Shown: positions 1-7,775 of the stretch, piece after piece | Layout: each line of letters begins with the position of its first letter | How positions within the stretch are numbered: position 1 is the first letter of the stretch | IMG/VR virus record: IMGVR_UViG_3300038603_000019 | Reading direction: 5' to 3' (one strand) | Length of the DNA: 38,805 nt | Origin: a virus | Made by a program: the position numbers and the translations under genes | Notes under the pieces: generated by a model | The model's database searches: none | What the model was told of the DNA's origin: nothing | What the model saw: only the letters and a program-made list of their open reading frames with translations

Positions 1-1119
1 GAGGAAGGTTGCCAAGACTACACGGCCGAACAATTGCGCCAAATGGAAAAACTGATGATTGAGGCAGAAACCACAACGGAAAAAATCATGATTGAGGTAA
101 TGCACAAGACCCAAAACAGGAATTGTGTGTTAATTACTGGCGCAGGTAAAAAGCATTTAAAAGAGGCTGCTAGATTCCTGCCAAAAGGTAGCTATGCGAT
201 CGTTACGGAGGATATGGGTGCAAGACTTCGCAAAAAGGCACTAAAAGATGCTTTTGACGGAAAAATAAAATACCTCCTTCAAGTTGGATGTTTAACGACT
301 GGGGTAAATATTCCACTAATAGATACAGTCGTGATACTACGCAAGATTGGCTCCCTTACATTACTTGTTCAACTTATAGGTAGAGGATTGAGGTTACTTA
401 AAGACTTTCAGGCTGATTCTGGAATCAAAAAGGACGACTGCTTAGTCCTTGACTACAGCGACACGCTAAACGAACTAAAAGACCTTTATGACAACCCAAT
501 ACTAGAAGAGGCTGATTTTTCAAAAGCAAAAGACGAAAATGATTTGATTCAGTGCCCTAAATGCGGAACTGAAAATAGCATCCATGCAGTACGATGCCGA
601 AATATTGATAACAATGGTGAGAGGTGCGATTTTTTCTGGAAGTCACGAACCTGTGAGGATTTCTATGTTAACGGGGTATTGAAACAATCAGGTTGCGGAG
701 CTGAAAACGCGCCAACAGCCAGAAGTTGTCGAATTTGCAACAACACACTAATTGATCCAAATGAAAACTTATCAAGAAAGCACTACAGCAACACAGAGTT
801 CAAGCCCGTTATGCAATTCAAAATGACACCATGCAAAAACGACGGTGTACTTTGTCAATGGCACTTGCCGAATGATGAAGTTGCAAAGATGTTTTTTACT
901 CCATTCAGTGAAAATCAGGTGGCAAAAAGAATTTGGTACAACAACTTTGTTAAAAAGTTTGCCAATACTCCAGCGCTAAAGAAATCAGTTAGACAATGCA
1001 GAAATGCCGGAGAGTTGTGTCAGATGGAGACATTGTTAGACACAGCAAGCGCAATTACTCACAGAATCGGATCAGGTGATAAAAGCGTAGTATCAAAAGT
1101 TATATACAAAGAACAATAA
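1..1119 (+). CDS. SF2 DEAD/DEAH-box DNA helicase, C-terminal part (same gene as 38057..38805, wraps the circular junction)
   Basis: Frame 1 is open from nt 1. The first 23 nt repeat the last 23 nt of the window in frame. Helicase C-domain motifs LTTGVNIP and QLIGRGLR are present, with CxxC clusters near the C-terminus. Stop TAA 1117-1119. Confidence 0.85.
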   Translation, partial: EEGCQDYTAEQLRQMEKLMIEAETTTEKIMIEVMHKTQNRNCVLITGAGKKHLKEAARFLPKGSYAIVTEDMGARLRKKALKDAFDGKIKYLLQVGCLTTGVNIPLIDTVVILRKIGSLTLLVQLIGRGLRLLKDFQADSGIKKDDCLVLDYSDTLNELKDLYDNPILEEADFSKAKDENDLIQCPKCGTENSIHAVRCRNIDNNGERCDFFWKSRTCEDFYVNGVLKQSGCGAENAPTARSCRICNNTLIDPNENLSRKHYSNTEFKPVMQFKMTPCKNDGVLCQWHLPNDEVAKMFFTPFSENQVAKRIWYNNFVKKFANTPALKKSVRQCRNAGELCQMETLLDTASAITHRIGSGDKSVVSKVIYKEQ

Positions 1120-1129
1120 TGATAAGCGC

Positions 1130-1162
1130 GTCACGGTTTTAGCTATCGTGATGCGCAATAAT
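1130..1162 (+). promoter_or_regulatory. GTCACR-N21-(-10) promoter-like element, copy I
   Basis: GTCACG 1130-1135, 21-nt spacer, AATAAT 1157-1162. ATG follows 28 nt downstream. The spacer holds an imperfect inverted repeat GCGCGTCACG / CGTGATGCGC. Confidence 0.45.
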
Positions 1163-1190
1163 AGCAACACCAACAAAGCGGAGTATAAAA

Positions 1191-2033
1191 ATGAAAGTTA
1201 AACAGTACGAAGAAGGCGTTGAGCTTAAAGGTTACATTTCTGGAATGCCTGATAATGTGTATCACTCAACCGAGGGTTTTACGTCAAAATCTTCACTGCA
1301 TAAATTCTCACAAACAACGCCATTCAGGTTCTTTAACGAAGAAAAGAAATCACCATCAAGAGCAATGCAAATTGGATCTGCCTTGCACGCAATGGTATTG
1401 GAGCCTGATAAGTTTGATAAGGAATATGTCTTGTTGCCAGAGATTGCAGACAGACGACAGCCTGAATACAAACAAGCAAAGAAAGCGCTTGGTGAAGAAT
1501 TTGTATTTGTATCTGGAGAAGCTAAAAACCTTAAAGGTATGTTTGACTCATTAATGTCAAACGATAAAGCAAAAGAGCTGTTATCGCTTGATGGGTGGAA
1601 CGAGGTAAGCGGATTTCACACAGATAAAGAAACAGGCGTTAATATTCGCCACAGATTCGATAGGCTAACAAAGTGCGGTTACGCTGTAGATCTTAAAAAA
1701 ACTCAATCAGTGAAGCCAGAAGAGCTATCAAAGACGATATTTAACTTCGGGTATCACTGGCAAGATGCGCTGTATAGCGACTCGCACAAAGCGATAGAAG
1801 GCGATGAGCTAAAAGGATTTTACTTTATTTTTGTTGAAGAAACCTACCCTCATGAGGTTGCCGTTGTTTACATTGACGACATTTCAAAGCAAATAGGCCG
1901 CGACGAGTACAAAGTTGCACTGAAAGAATACTCTTTAGCAATTAAAAACCGTGACCAAGTTCACAACAACAATCCTGCGCAAATGGTATCTTTACCTGAG
2001 TGGGTTTTACGTCAATACGACGATTTTATTTAA
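1191..2033 (+). CDS. PD-(D/E)XK recombination exonuclease (RecE/Cas4-like)
   Basis: 280-aa ORF with SD GCGGAG upstream. Motifs: YH..EG.SKS.L, GSALHAMVLEP, D..(n)..VDLKK, QDALY. Sits beside SSB in a replication/recombination block. Confidence 0.65.
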   Translation: MKVKQYEEGVELKGYISGMPDNVYHSTEGFTSKSSLHKFSQTTPFRFFNEEKKSPSRAMQIGSALHAMVLEPDKFDKEYVLLPEIADRRQPEYKQAKKALGEEFVFVSGEAKNLKGMFDSLMSNDKAKELLSLDGWNEVSGFHTDKETGVNIRHRFDRLTKCGYAVDLKKTQSVKPEELSKTIFNFGYHWQDALYSDSHKAIEGDELKGFYFIFVEETYPHEVAVVYIDDISKQIGRDEYKVALKEYSLAIKNRDQVHNNNPAQMVSLPEWVLRQYDDFI

Positions 2034-2045
2034 GGAGAAATTCAA

Positions 2046-2618
2046 ATGGCAGACATTAGAGAGGCAATGCAAGCCAAAAGCGACCAGCTAAATGCACAAG
2101 ATATCATTGGTTATGAGCCAGTTTTATTAATTACTAACGTGGTTGTTACAAGAGGAGACCAGCCAGTTTCTGTTCACTATCACGGCGATAACGGACGACC
2201 TTGGAAGCCAAGCAAAGGCATGCTTCGTGGACTATCAGCAGGATGGGGTCCAGAAACAGACAACTGGATTGGTAAGTCAGTTCGTGTTTATAACGATGAG
2301 ACAGTTAAGTGGGCTGGCAAAGAAGTTGGCGGAATTCGAATCAGAGAAATGTCACATATTAAAGAAACTGGCATCAAGTACATGCTTCGAGAGAGCCGTC
2401 AAAAAGTAACTGAATTTTTTATCGGATGCTTTACTCCAGAAGTTAAGACTTATCCAGACGCGGCATTTAACAAAAACCTTCCAGTCATGATTGACAAGAT
2501 GAACAGCGGGGAAATGACAATTCAGCAGGTCATTGCGCATTGTCAGAAAACAGGCGGAAATCTGACAGATGAACAGCTGAATCAACTAGAAATGCACGCA
2601 CCAACAGACGAAAATTAA
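2046..2618 (+). CDS. hypothetical protein between exonuclease and SSB (possible recombination accessory)
   Basis: 190-aa ORF with SD AAGGAGA 6 nt upstream. No motif recognised. Confidence 0.6.
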   Translation: MADIREAMQAKSDQLNAQDIIGYEPVLLITNVVVTRGDQPVSVHYHGDNGRPWKPSKGMLRGLSAGWGPETDNWIGKSVRVYNDETVKWAGKEVGGIRIREMSHIKETGIKYMLRESRQKVTEFFIGCFTPEVKTYPDAAFNKNLPVMIDKMNSGEMTIQQVIAHCQKTGGNLTDEQLNQLEMHAPTDEN

Positions 2619-2627
2619 TCAACAGGG

Positions 2628-2636
2628 TGGTATAAT
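2628..2636 (+). promoter_or_regulatory. extended -10 promoter (TGgTATAAT) upstream of ssb
   Basis: TGGTATAAT at 2628-2636, embedded in the hairpin GGGTGG-tataattg-CCACCC. The same GTGGTATA core recurs at 16017-16028(-), 18083-18092(+) and 32496-32506(-). Confidence 0.4.
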
Positions 2637-2664
2637 TGCCACCCACTAAAAATAAGGGTAGAAA

Positions 2665-3141
2665 ATGGCATCACGCGGAGTTAACAAAGTAATTATCGTT
2701 GGCAATCTTGGTAATGACCCAGAGGTTAAATACATGCCAAGCGGATCAGCAGTAGCAAACCTAACCGTTGCAACATCTGAGTCATGGAAAGACAAGAACA
2801 CAGGAGAACAAAAGGAAAAAACAGAATGGCATCGTGTTGCAATTTTTGGGAAGCTTGCAGAAATTGCAGGTGAATACCTACGCAAAGGATCGCAAGTTTA
2901 TCTTGAAGGTCAATTGCAGACTAGAAAGTGGCAAGACCAACAAGGGCAAGACCGATACACCACCGAAGTTGTCATTCAGGGATTTAATGGTGTAATGCAA
3001 ATGCTTGGTGGTAAACAAGGTGGTCAACAGCAGGAGGGATGGGGACAGCCACAGCAACCAGCTCAACAACAGCAACAACAGCAACAGCAACAGCAGTACA
3101 ATGAGCCGCCTAAAGATTTTAATGATGACATCCCGTTTTAA
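2665..3141 (+). CDS. ssb: single-stranded DNA-binding protein
   Basis: N-terminal OB fold starting [20 protein letters not shown]..., with the TEWHRV motif. Gln/Gly-rich linker and an acidic tail ending DDIPF. Confidence 0.95.
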   Translation: MASRGVNKVIIVGNLGNDPEVKYMPSGSAVANLTVATSESWKDKNTGEQKEKTEWHRVAIFGKLAEIAGEYLRKGSQVYLEGQLQTRKWQDQQGQDRYTTEVVIQGFNGVMQMLGGKQGGQQQEGWGQPQQPAQQQQQQQQQQQYNEPPKDFNDDIPF

Positions 3142-3155
3142 ATCAAAAACTTACA

Positions 3156-3175
3156 AGCCCCGAAAGGGGCTTTTT
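3156..3175 (+). terminator. rho-independent terminator after ssb
   Basis: AGCCCC-gaaa-GGGGCT followed by TTTT. Confidence 0.7.
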
Positions 3176-3187
3176 GATAGGTGATAA

Positions 3188-3601
3188 ATGAAATTCAACA
3201 AAGATATACCAGTATTCGGAGATGCTTCATATAGGGGCGAATGCAAAAAAGAAGATCTAGAGGCTATGGATTTTTACTCATGGCTTAAATTCAATCATCC
3301 AGAGCACGCAGATTTTTACATACACCCAAAAGCAGAAGGAAAACGAACATACGGGCAGATAAATTACGAAAAGAGAACAGGCGGAATACCAACATCAACG
3401 CCAGATGGGTTAATAATGCACGCAATACCATTCTGTGTTGAGCTAAAGCGTAAGGACCACACAAAAAGCAAGTGGCAGGATGGACAGCAAGACAAACTTA
3501 TTGGTTTATCTAAAAGAGGCTGCTTTATCGGTGTTGCTCTTGGCGCGGATGGGATGAAGGAGGCTTTTTTAAAATGGCTAGAAATTATAAACCGTCAATA
3601 G
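3188..3601 (+). CDS. VRR-NUC-type PD-(D/E)XK nuclease (putative)
   Basis: 137 aa. The pattern GIPTSTPDG...CVELKRK...Q matches the VRR-NUC D..(D/E)xK..Q layout, and the gene is close to an SF2 helicase. Confidence 0.5.
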   Translation: MKFNKDIPVFGDASYRGECKKEDLEAMDFYSWLKFNHPEHADFYIHPKAEGKRTYGQINYEKRTGGIPTSTPDGLIMHAIPFCVELKRKDHTKSKWQDGQQDKLIGLSKRGCFIGVALGADGMKEAFLKWLEIINRQ

Positions 3602-3879
3602 CTCTTCCAGCGCTTTGTCATGATGATGATAAGCAATGGATAGAGTCTGTGCTTATGCCGCTATCAGAGCAGCACAGAGAGCAGGCAAGGAAGGCTTACA
3701 ATGATGTATTTTACCAAGAAAGAGAGTACGAGGAAGTTGAGCATAAAAAACTAAACAAGGCACGTCATGAGGCAAATGTAAGATTGAGAGTTTTTCAATC
3801 AAAATGCCTGGAAAGTTACGTTTCAGCAACCGCAAAAGAAAGACGGGTGCAACAAAAAGAATCAGGTTTTAATTGGTAA
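3574..3879 (+). CDS. hypothetical protein
   Basis: 101-aa ORF overlapping the 3' end of the upstream gene in the same operon. Confidence 0.5.
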   Translation: MARNYKPSIALPALCHDDDKQWIESVLMPLSEQHREQARKAYNDVFYQEREYEEVEHKKLNKARHEANVRLRVFQSKCLESYVSATAKERRVQQKESGFNW

Positions 3880-3884
3880 ACCGT

Positions 3885-3917
3885 GACCGCCATCACATAC
3901 AGATGCGCGGTCTTTTT
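3885..3917 (+). terminator. hairpin terminator
   Basis: GACCGC 3885-3890 pairs with GCGGTC 3907-3912, followed by TTTTT. Confidence 0.5.
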
Positions 3918-3924
3918 GTATATT
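3892..3924 (+). promoter_or_regulatory. GTCACR-N21-(-10) promoter-like element, copy G
   Basis: ATCACA 3892-3897, 21 nt, TATATT 3919-3924. ATG 3957 lies 32 nt downstream. The box sits in the loop of the preceding hairpin. Confidence 0.4.
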
Positions 3925-3956
3925 AAGCTCATACCAAGACAAAAGGAAACGCAGCA

Positions 3957-4139
3957 ATGAGCAAGTTGATTAAGTTTAAAGAGGCGAATCTGGCCAAGTT
4001 AGAAAAGAAATGGGGCGAAGTTAATCAGGAAGAATACACGCCTAATTACGCGCTAGCGCGTAACGCTGGTTTTACCCATTTCGTAGCAAGTGAGTTTGTT
4101 AATCATAACAACCAAAGTGGGGAGTATGTGAATGTCTGA
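3957..4139 (+). CDS. hypothetical small protein (60 aa)
   Basis: ORF with SD AAGGAA upstream. First gene after the terminator/promoter. Confidence 0.5.
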   Translation: MSKLIKFKEANLAKLEKKWGEVNQEEYTPNYALARNAGFTHFVASEFVNHNNQSGEYVNV

Positions 4140-4341
4140 ACTAATCAAATGCAGCAAGCCGCCAGTTAACGGCAATATCTGCGAGAAGTTTATAGCCATT
4201 GACGGCAAGTTAAACAAAATGACTGGCGTTTGGAGTGATGAATTAAACTCTTTCATTGTTGAGGGAACAAAAGCAAAGCTTGAATACAGCTACCTTGAAA
4301 CGTGCTATGAATTGTTTATTTGGGTGAAGTATGAAAAGTAA
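4132..4341 (+). CDS. hypothetical small protein (69 aa)
   Basis: Start overlaps the upstream stop, suggesting translational coupling. Confidence 0.5.
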   Translation: MSELIKCSKPPVNGNICEKFIAIDGKLNKMTGVWSDELNSFIVEGTKAKLEYSYLETCYELFIWVKYEK

Positions 4342-4498
4342 AATGAACATGGTAAAGCTTTTCTTGATTTGCCACCCAAAGGAAAGAAAGGCTTTCGCAA
4401 TCGCTGCAATGCTAGGTTGCAGCGAAAGGACAGTTAGAAAGGCCATGCGCGAGCTTAATATCACGCCAATCAAACGACCAAAGGACTGTATCGGATGA
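4331..4498 (+). CDS. small HTH DNA-binding protein (55 aa, below the ORF-track cutoff)
   Basis: Translates to MKSKMNMVKLFLICHPKERKAFAIAAMLGCSERTVRKAMRELNITPIKRPKDCIG. HTH-like AIAAMLGCSERTVRKAM. The stop overlaps the next ATG (ATGA). Confidence 0.5.
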   Translation: MKSKMNMVKLFLICHPKERKAFAIAAMLGCSERTVRKAMRELNITPIKRPKDCIG

Positions 4499-5028
4499 AA
4501 GAACTAATAGGCGGCAAGTTTTACACCGTGCAAGAGCTTTGTGACTTACTTTGCATAAAACCAAACACGGTAACTGGGAAGTTAAAGCGAATTGCCAAGA
4601 AAGAAAACAAGCGCATCCAGATTAAAACGTACATGAATAACGATGCTGTGTGCGTTAAGTATCGACTAGCAAACAAACCATACACAGAAGCGCATGAATG
4701 CTGTGACCCAGACCACAAAAGCAACATTACATGGTCGCAAATTAACGAGTATGGCGCTAGATTAAGTAACACGGCGTATGACAACCTTTGTATTTTATTC
4801 GAGCTTAGGGGTGCATACAGAAAGCTTTCTGATTTAGCTAACGACGGAGTTAAAAATCCAACCAAGGCGCTAAATGTGCTAGAGGCGCAAGGTTTCATTA
4901 TCCACCGCCGTAATAGCAAGCAGAATCGAGAGGTTAAGCTAATCGGAGTTAAGCAGAAGAAAATTGTTACCAAATCCGACGCTTTGCCACAAACTAACAT
5001 GAAATTGATTAATGAGGTTTTTAGATGA
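4495..5028 (+). CDS. putative DNA-binding protein (N-terminal HTH)
   Basis: 177 aa. FYTVQELCDLLCIKPNTVTGKLKRI resembles an HTH. Coupled starts and stops on both sides. Confidence 0.5.
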   Translation: MKELIGGKFYTVQELCDLLCIKPNTVTGKLKRIAKKENKRIQIKTYMNNDAVCVKYRLANKPYTEAHECCDPDHKSNITWSQINEYGARLSNTAYDNLCILFELRGAYRKLSDLANDGVKNPTKALNVLEAQGFIIHRRNSKQNREVKLIGVKQKKIVTKSDALPQTNMKLINEVFR

Positions 5029-5282
5029 AAAACTCAGATATGCCAGCAATGCCACAATCCTGCACAGAAATGGGATACCCGTGCAATTGGGGTAATGGTG
5101 AGTCGCAAGTGCCAATGGGTTTAACCAAGCGTGAAATGTTTGCTATGCATATGTCAGGACACATCTTGATGTCACTTAACCACGGCGCAGCAAACGGAGA
5201 GTGGAGTTACCCAAGCTTTGAAGAGTTGGCCAGTCAATCAGCCCAATACGCCGACGCACTTCTAAAGGAACTAGAAAAATGA
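5025..5282 (+). CDS. hypothetical protein (85 aa)
   Basis: ATGA overlap with the upstream gene. Confidence 0.5.
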   Translation: MKNSDMPAMPQSCTEMGYPCNWGNGESQVPMGLTKREMFAMHMSGHILMSLNHGAANGEWSYPSFEELASQSAQYADALLKELEK

Positions 5283-5356
5283 AAGCAGCAATTAACACAC
5301 TAAGCGTATTTGTGTATATCGGTGTTATCGCTGGTGCATTTTATGGGGGTTGGTGA
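5279..5356 (+). CDS. possible 25-aa membrane peptide
   Basis: MKAAINTLSVFVYIGVIAGAFYGGW. ATG overlaps the upstream stop and TGA overlaps the next ATG. Confidence 0.3.
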   Translation: MKAAINTLSVFVYIGVIAGAFYGGW

Positions 5357-5508
5357 TGAATAAAAAAGAAGGCTTAGTTATTTCTGAACTGCTAACTAAG
5401 CAGCAAGCTGTCGCTCTAATTAAAGCTTGCTTATCAGAAGTTGGTACCACAAGCCATAAAAGAAACGAGTCAGACAGAAAGCGAAATAGAAATGAGAGGT
5501 GGCGATAA
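5356..5508 (+). CDS. hypothetical 50-aa protein
   Basis: MNKKEGLVISELL...NERWR. Start and stop are coupled to both neighbours. Confidence 0.35.
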   Translation: MNKKEGLVISELLTKQQAVALIKACLSEVGTTSHKRNESDRKRNRNERWR

Positions 5509-5684
5509 TGGCACGTTATAGATTCTGTCGCAATTATCACGACTACAAAAAGAATCAAGTTGTAGAAGGGATGATGATTGATGGCGAAACTGTTATGATT
5601 AAAACGCCCTATAACACGGGTTATGTATCAACAATTGAGCCGGTGTTTTTAGGCTCACAACGTTTATTGGTAAAGGTGAAATGA
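5508..5684 (+). CDS. hypothetical 58-aa protein
   Basis: The ATG at 5508 is preferred to the GTG at 5499. ATGA overlap with the endolysin gene. Confidence 0.45.
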   Translation: MARYRFCRNYHDYKKNQVVEGMMIDGETVMIKTPYNTGYVSTIEPVFLGSQRLLVKVK

Positions 5685-6064
5685 TGGGTGATTTAACAAA
5701 GAATATAAGCCGGCATGAGTTACGATGTAAGTGTGGCGAGTGTGACTTCCAAAGTATGGACTTTGAAACAATCAACGTAGTGCAAGAAGCTTGTGACCAC
5801 TTCGCAGAAAAGCTTGGTGTTGATAAGGTTACTCTATCCATCAACTCTGCTCACCGATGTTTTAACCACAACAAAAACGTTGGCAGCACAGATAAAAGCC
5901 AACATCCACGCGGCAATGCTATGGATATCAAAATCTCTCACGTATCACCAAAAGATTTGTACCTGTACCTTGATTCTGAGTATCCAGACAAGTACGGAAT
6001 CGGCATGTACAGCTCATTTACACACATAGACACAAGGAGTTATAAAGCACGATGGGGTTATTAA
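5681..6064 (+). CDS. endolysin, peptidase M15-type (zinc D-Ala-D-Ala carboxypeptidase-like fold)
   Basis: SAHRCFNHNKNVGSTDKSQHPRGNAMDI ... FTHIDTR matches the H..G.A.D / H.D zinc-ligand pattern. Membrane protein and spanin genes follow. Confidence 0.8.
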   Translation: MMGDLTKNISRHELRCKCGECDFQSMDFETINVVQEACDHFAEKLGVDKVTLSINSAHRCFNHNKNVGSTDKSQHPRGNAMDIKISHVSPKDLYLYLDSEYPDKYGIGMYSSFTHIDTRSYKARWGY

Positions 6065-6128
6065 TGATTGCACTAATCACACCGTACAAACTGCAAGTTA
6101 ACCAATATGTATTTTTAGGGAGAGTATT

Positions 6129-6281
6129 ATGAAGAAACCAACTATCAGTAAAAAAATTGTCGCTGCTGTAGTGGCGCTACTGGCAGCAATCGCGGGCGTC
6201 TACGGGTTTAACGTAACACAACCAATTCAGGACGCAGCCGTCGAGGGCGCTTGCTCGACCGTTGTAGAGTGCCAGGAATGA
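6129..6281 (+). CDS. holin candidate (50 aa, single N-terminal TM)
   Basis: MKKPTISKKIVAAVVALLAAIAGVYGF.... Lies between endolysin and spanins. The stop overlaps the spanin ATG. Confidence 0.4.
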   Translation: MKKPTISKKIVAAVVALLAAIAGVYGFNVTQPIQDAAVEGACSTVVECQE

Positions 6282-6487
6282 CTGAGCTACTACTAGGCGC
6301 GCTGCTAATCGCTTTGTGTGCCTTGTTCTCATTTTTTAACCTATGGCGTAAAGAGCGTAATAGCCGAAAGGATATAGAAGAGAAGGTGCGTGCGCATGAA
6401 GAGCTCCAACGCATTAACGATGACATTGATAATGGCGACGATGTGTATCTCTCTGAGCAGTTGCGCAAGCATACCCGCGATCTGTGA
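6278..6487 (+). CDS. i-spanin (Rz-like), short
   Basis: N-terminal TM LLLGALLIALCALFSFF followed by a charged helical region. The lipoprotein ORF is overlapped in the +1 frame. Confidence 0.6.
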   Translation: MTELLLGALLIALCALFSFFNLWRKERNSRKDIEEKVRAHEELQRINDDIDNGDDVYLSEQLRKHTRDL

Positions 6488-6596
6488 AGTGATTAAGCCA
6501 GTAACGGTATCTAAAGAAGATGTACTAACCAGGCAAACCAAGGAGGAGATTGTGCGTAATAACCTATTAATCGAACGAATCTGTAACGTTAACTAA
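6396..6596 (+). CDS. o-spanin (Rz1-like lipoprotein), overlapped architecture
   Basis: Signal peptide with lipobox LSSC (MKSSNALTMTLIMATMCISLSSC|AS). Starts inside the i-spanin gene in another frame and extends beyond it. Confidence 0.65.
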   Translation: MKSSNALTMTLIMATMCISLSSCASIPAICEVIKPVTVSKEDVLTRQTKEEIVRNNLLIERICNVN

Positions 6597-6745
6597 GGTG
6601 GTGTGTATCTCCTACTGCGAGGTTAAGCAGTTTTGGCTTGGCAATGTCGATTGATATAGCCAGCAACGCGAGTCATAGCGCACCCGACAGCTATATCTTG
6701 CATTTAGTGGAACAGGTCGTTTGTTTGTTATTCACTATTACCACG

Positions 6746-6765
6746 CCCGCTCTATGCGGGTTTTT
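6746..6765 (+). terminator. rho-independent terminator after the lysis cassette
   Basis: CCCGC-tctat-GCGGG followed by TTTTT. Confidence 0.6.
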
Positions 6766-6782
6766 GTTTTTCTGTGAAGCGC

Positions 6783-6815
6783 GTCACGGTAATCAATCCA
6801 ATGCGGCGCTATTAT
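6783..6815 (+). promoter_or_regulatory. GTCACR-N21-(-10) promoter-like element, copy H
   Basis: GTCACG 6783-6788, 21 nt, TATTAT 6810-6815. SD AGGAG, then TTG start 31 nt downstream. Confidence 0.45.
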
Positions 6816-6846
6816 TAACCCATCCAATCAGCTAGGAGTAACCGAA

Positions 6847-6987
6847 TTGAGTGGTAAAGTAAAAGGTAAACGCAAAGGCAGTACGCCTCCAGTTAAGAAG
6901 CCACGCTGCCGAAGTCGACATGAGCGATTACGTAAGATGGCAAAGTGGCAAGCGAATGTTTTAAATAGAATGGAGTTAGTTAGATGA
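6847..6987 (+). CDS. possible 46-aa highly basic protein (TTG start)
   Basis: SD AGGAG lies 8 nt upstream of TTG. Sequence SGKVKGKRKGSTPPVKKPRCRSRHERLRK.... The stop overlaps the MazG ATG (ATGA). Confidence 0.35.
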   Translation: MSGKVKGKRKGSTPPVKKPRCRSRHERLRKMAKWQANVLNRMELVR

Positions 6988-7355
6988 AGTTAGACGAGTA
7001 CCAACAAAAAGCAATGACGTTCGCCAAGTTTTCAAGCTTGGACTATCCATTCGCAGGGTTGGCTGAAGAAACTGGAGAGGTTTTAGGTAAGTTAGCAAAG
7101 GCGCAGCGAAAGTGGGAAATGTGCCAAGAGTCGGTATTGGAAAACATCCAATATGGCGATGAAGGATTCATGAGCGAGCGTGAAATCCAACTATACTCCG
7201 ACTTAAAGAAAGAGCTTGGTGATTGCCTTTGGATGCTTGCAGCTTGTGCCTCGAATCTCAATATGTCACTTGAGGATGTGGCTAAATCAAATATAGATAA
7301 ACTTTCTGACCGCGATGAGCGTGGCGTTATTTGTGGTGAAGGGGATAACCGATGA
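6984..7355 (+). CDS. mazG: MazG-like nucleoside triphosphate pyrophosphohydrolase
   Basis: LDEYQ..A, the EETGEVLGKLAK (EExGE) motif and a second helix ELGDCLWML. Confidence 0.8.
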   Translation: MKLDEYQQKAMTFAKFSSLDYPFAGLAEETGEVLGKLAKAQRKWEMCQESVLENIQYGDEGFMSEREIQLYSDLKKELGDCLWMLAACASNLNMSLEDVAKSNIDKLSDRDERGVICGEGDNR

Positions 7356-7453
7356 AAGAATTCTTAAAAAATCACCGTGCACAATGCGCAAAGACAGCTA
7401 GAGACTTAGGTTTCTGGTGGCCAAATCGCAACGAAGACCTAATGGAGAGCTAA
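7352..7453 (+). CDS. possible 33-aa protein
   Basis: ATGA overlap with the mazG stop. MKEFLKNHRAQCAKTARDLGFWWPNRNEDLMES. Confidence 0.3.
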   Translation: MKEFLKNHRAQCAKTARDLGFWWPNRNEDLMES

Positions 7454-7457
7454 ACCC

Positions 7458-7775
7458 ATGCTAACGGAATTAGAAGTATCAACATTGCACCGATTAGCTA
7501 ACGGACAGCTAGTGAAGCAAGTGGCTGATTCTGATTCCGTTAGTCACTCGTGCATTGATAAGCGCATAAGCAACATCAAGCGCAAGCTAAACGCAAAAAC
7601 GCTGTGTGAGTGCATATACAAGGCATCTAAAGCGGGTATCATCTGTTTACTGCTAACAACAACTAGTGCACTAGAGATTGAGCTAGCAATTAACCCAGAC
7701 TTTACCGATGCAGATATTCAGCGTAGATTCTCGCGTCGCATCAAGCGTAAATCAGAGTCCGATTATAGTCTTTAA
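7458..7775 (+). CDS. LuxR/GerE-type HTH regulator without a receiver or autoinducer domain, hydrophobic C-terminal segment
   Basis: LTELEVSTLHRLANGQLVKQVADSDSVSHSCIDKRISNIKRKLNAKT fits the GerE HTH pattern (LT.rE...L..la.G...k.iA..l.vS..Tv..h.snI..KL). It is followed by IICLLLTTTSAL. Confidence 0.65.
   Translation: MLTELEVSTLHRLANGQLVKQVADSDSVSHSCIDKRISNIKRKLNAKTLCECIYKASKAGIICLLLTTTSALEIELAINPDFTDADIQRRFSRRIKRKSESDYSL

Noticed and set aside
1-23. 23-bp identical termini as genuine direct terminal repeats or cos ends.
   Set aside because: The overlap lies inside the helicase coding frame and restores one continuous ORF. It is most simply a circular-assembly overlap, and the sequence alone cannot establish physical ends.
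3040-3100. CAA/CAG repeat tract.
   Set aside because: It is the poly-Gln linker of SSB ([11 protein letters not shown]) and is in frame. It is not a CRISPR array or a non-coding repeat, though slippage could vary linker length.
6076-6108. Additional matches to the box-N21-hexamer pattern: 6076-6108 (+), ATCACA...CAATAT; and 30134-30166 (-), ATCACA...TAAACT.
   Set aside because: They are kept only as weak candidates. The -10 hexamers are poor or lie in a terminator loop, and ATCACA is a looser box. They are not counted among the nine.
6638-6835. 65-aa plus-strand ORF after the spanins.
   Set aside because: It runs through a rho-independent terminator (6746-6765) and the promoter-like element at 6783-6815. 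It has no SD. A TTG-initiated 46-aa ORF coupled to mazG explains the downstream part better.
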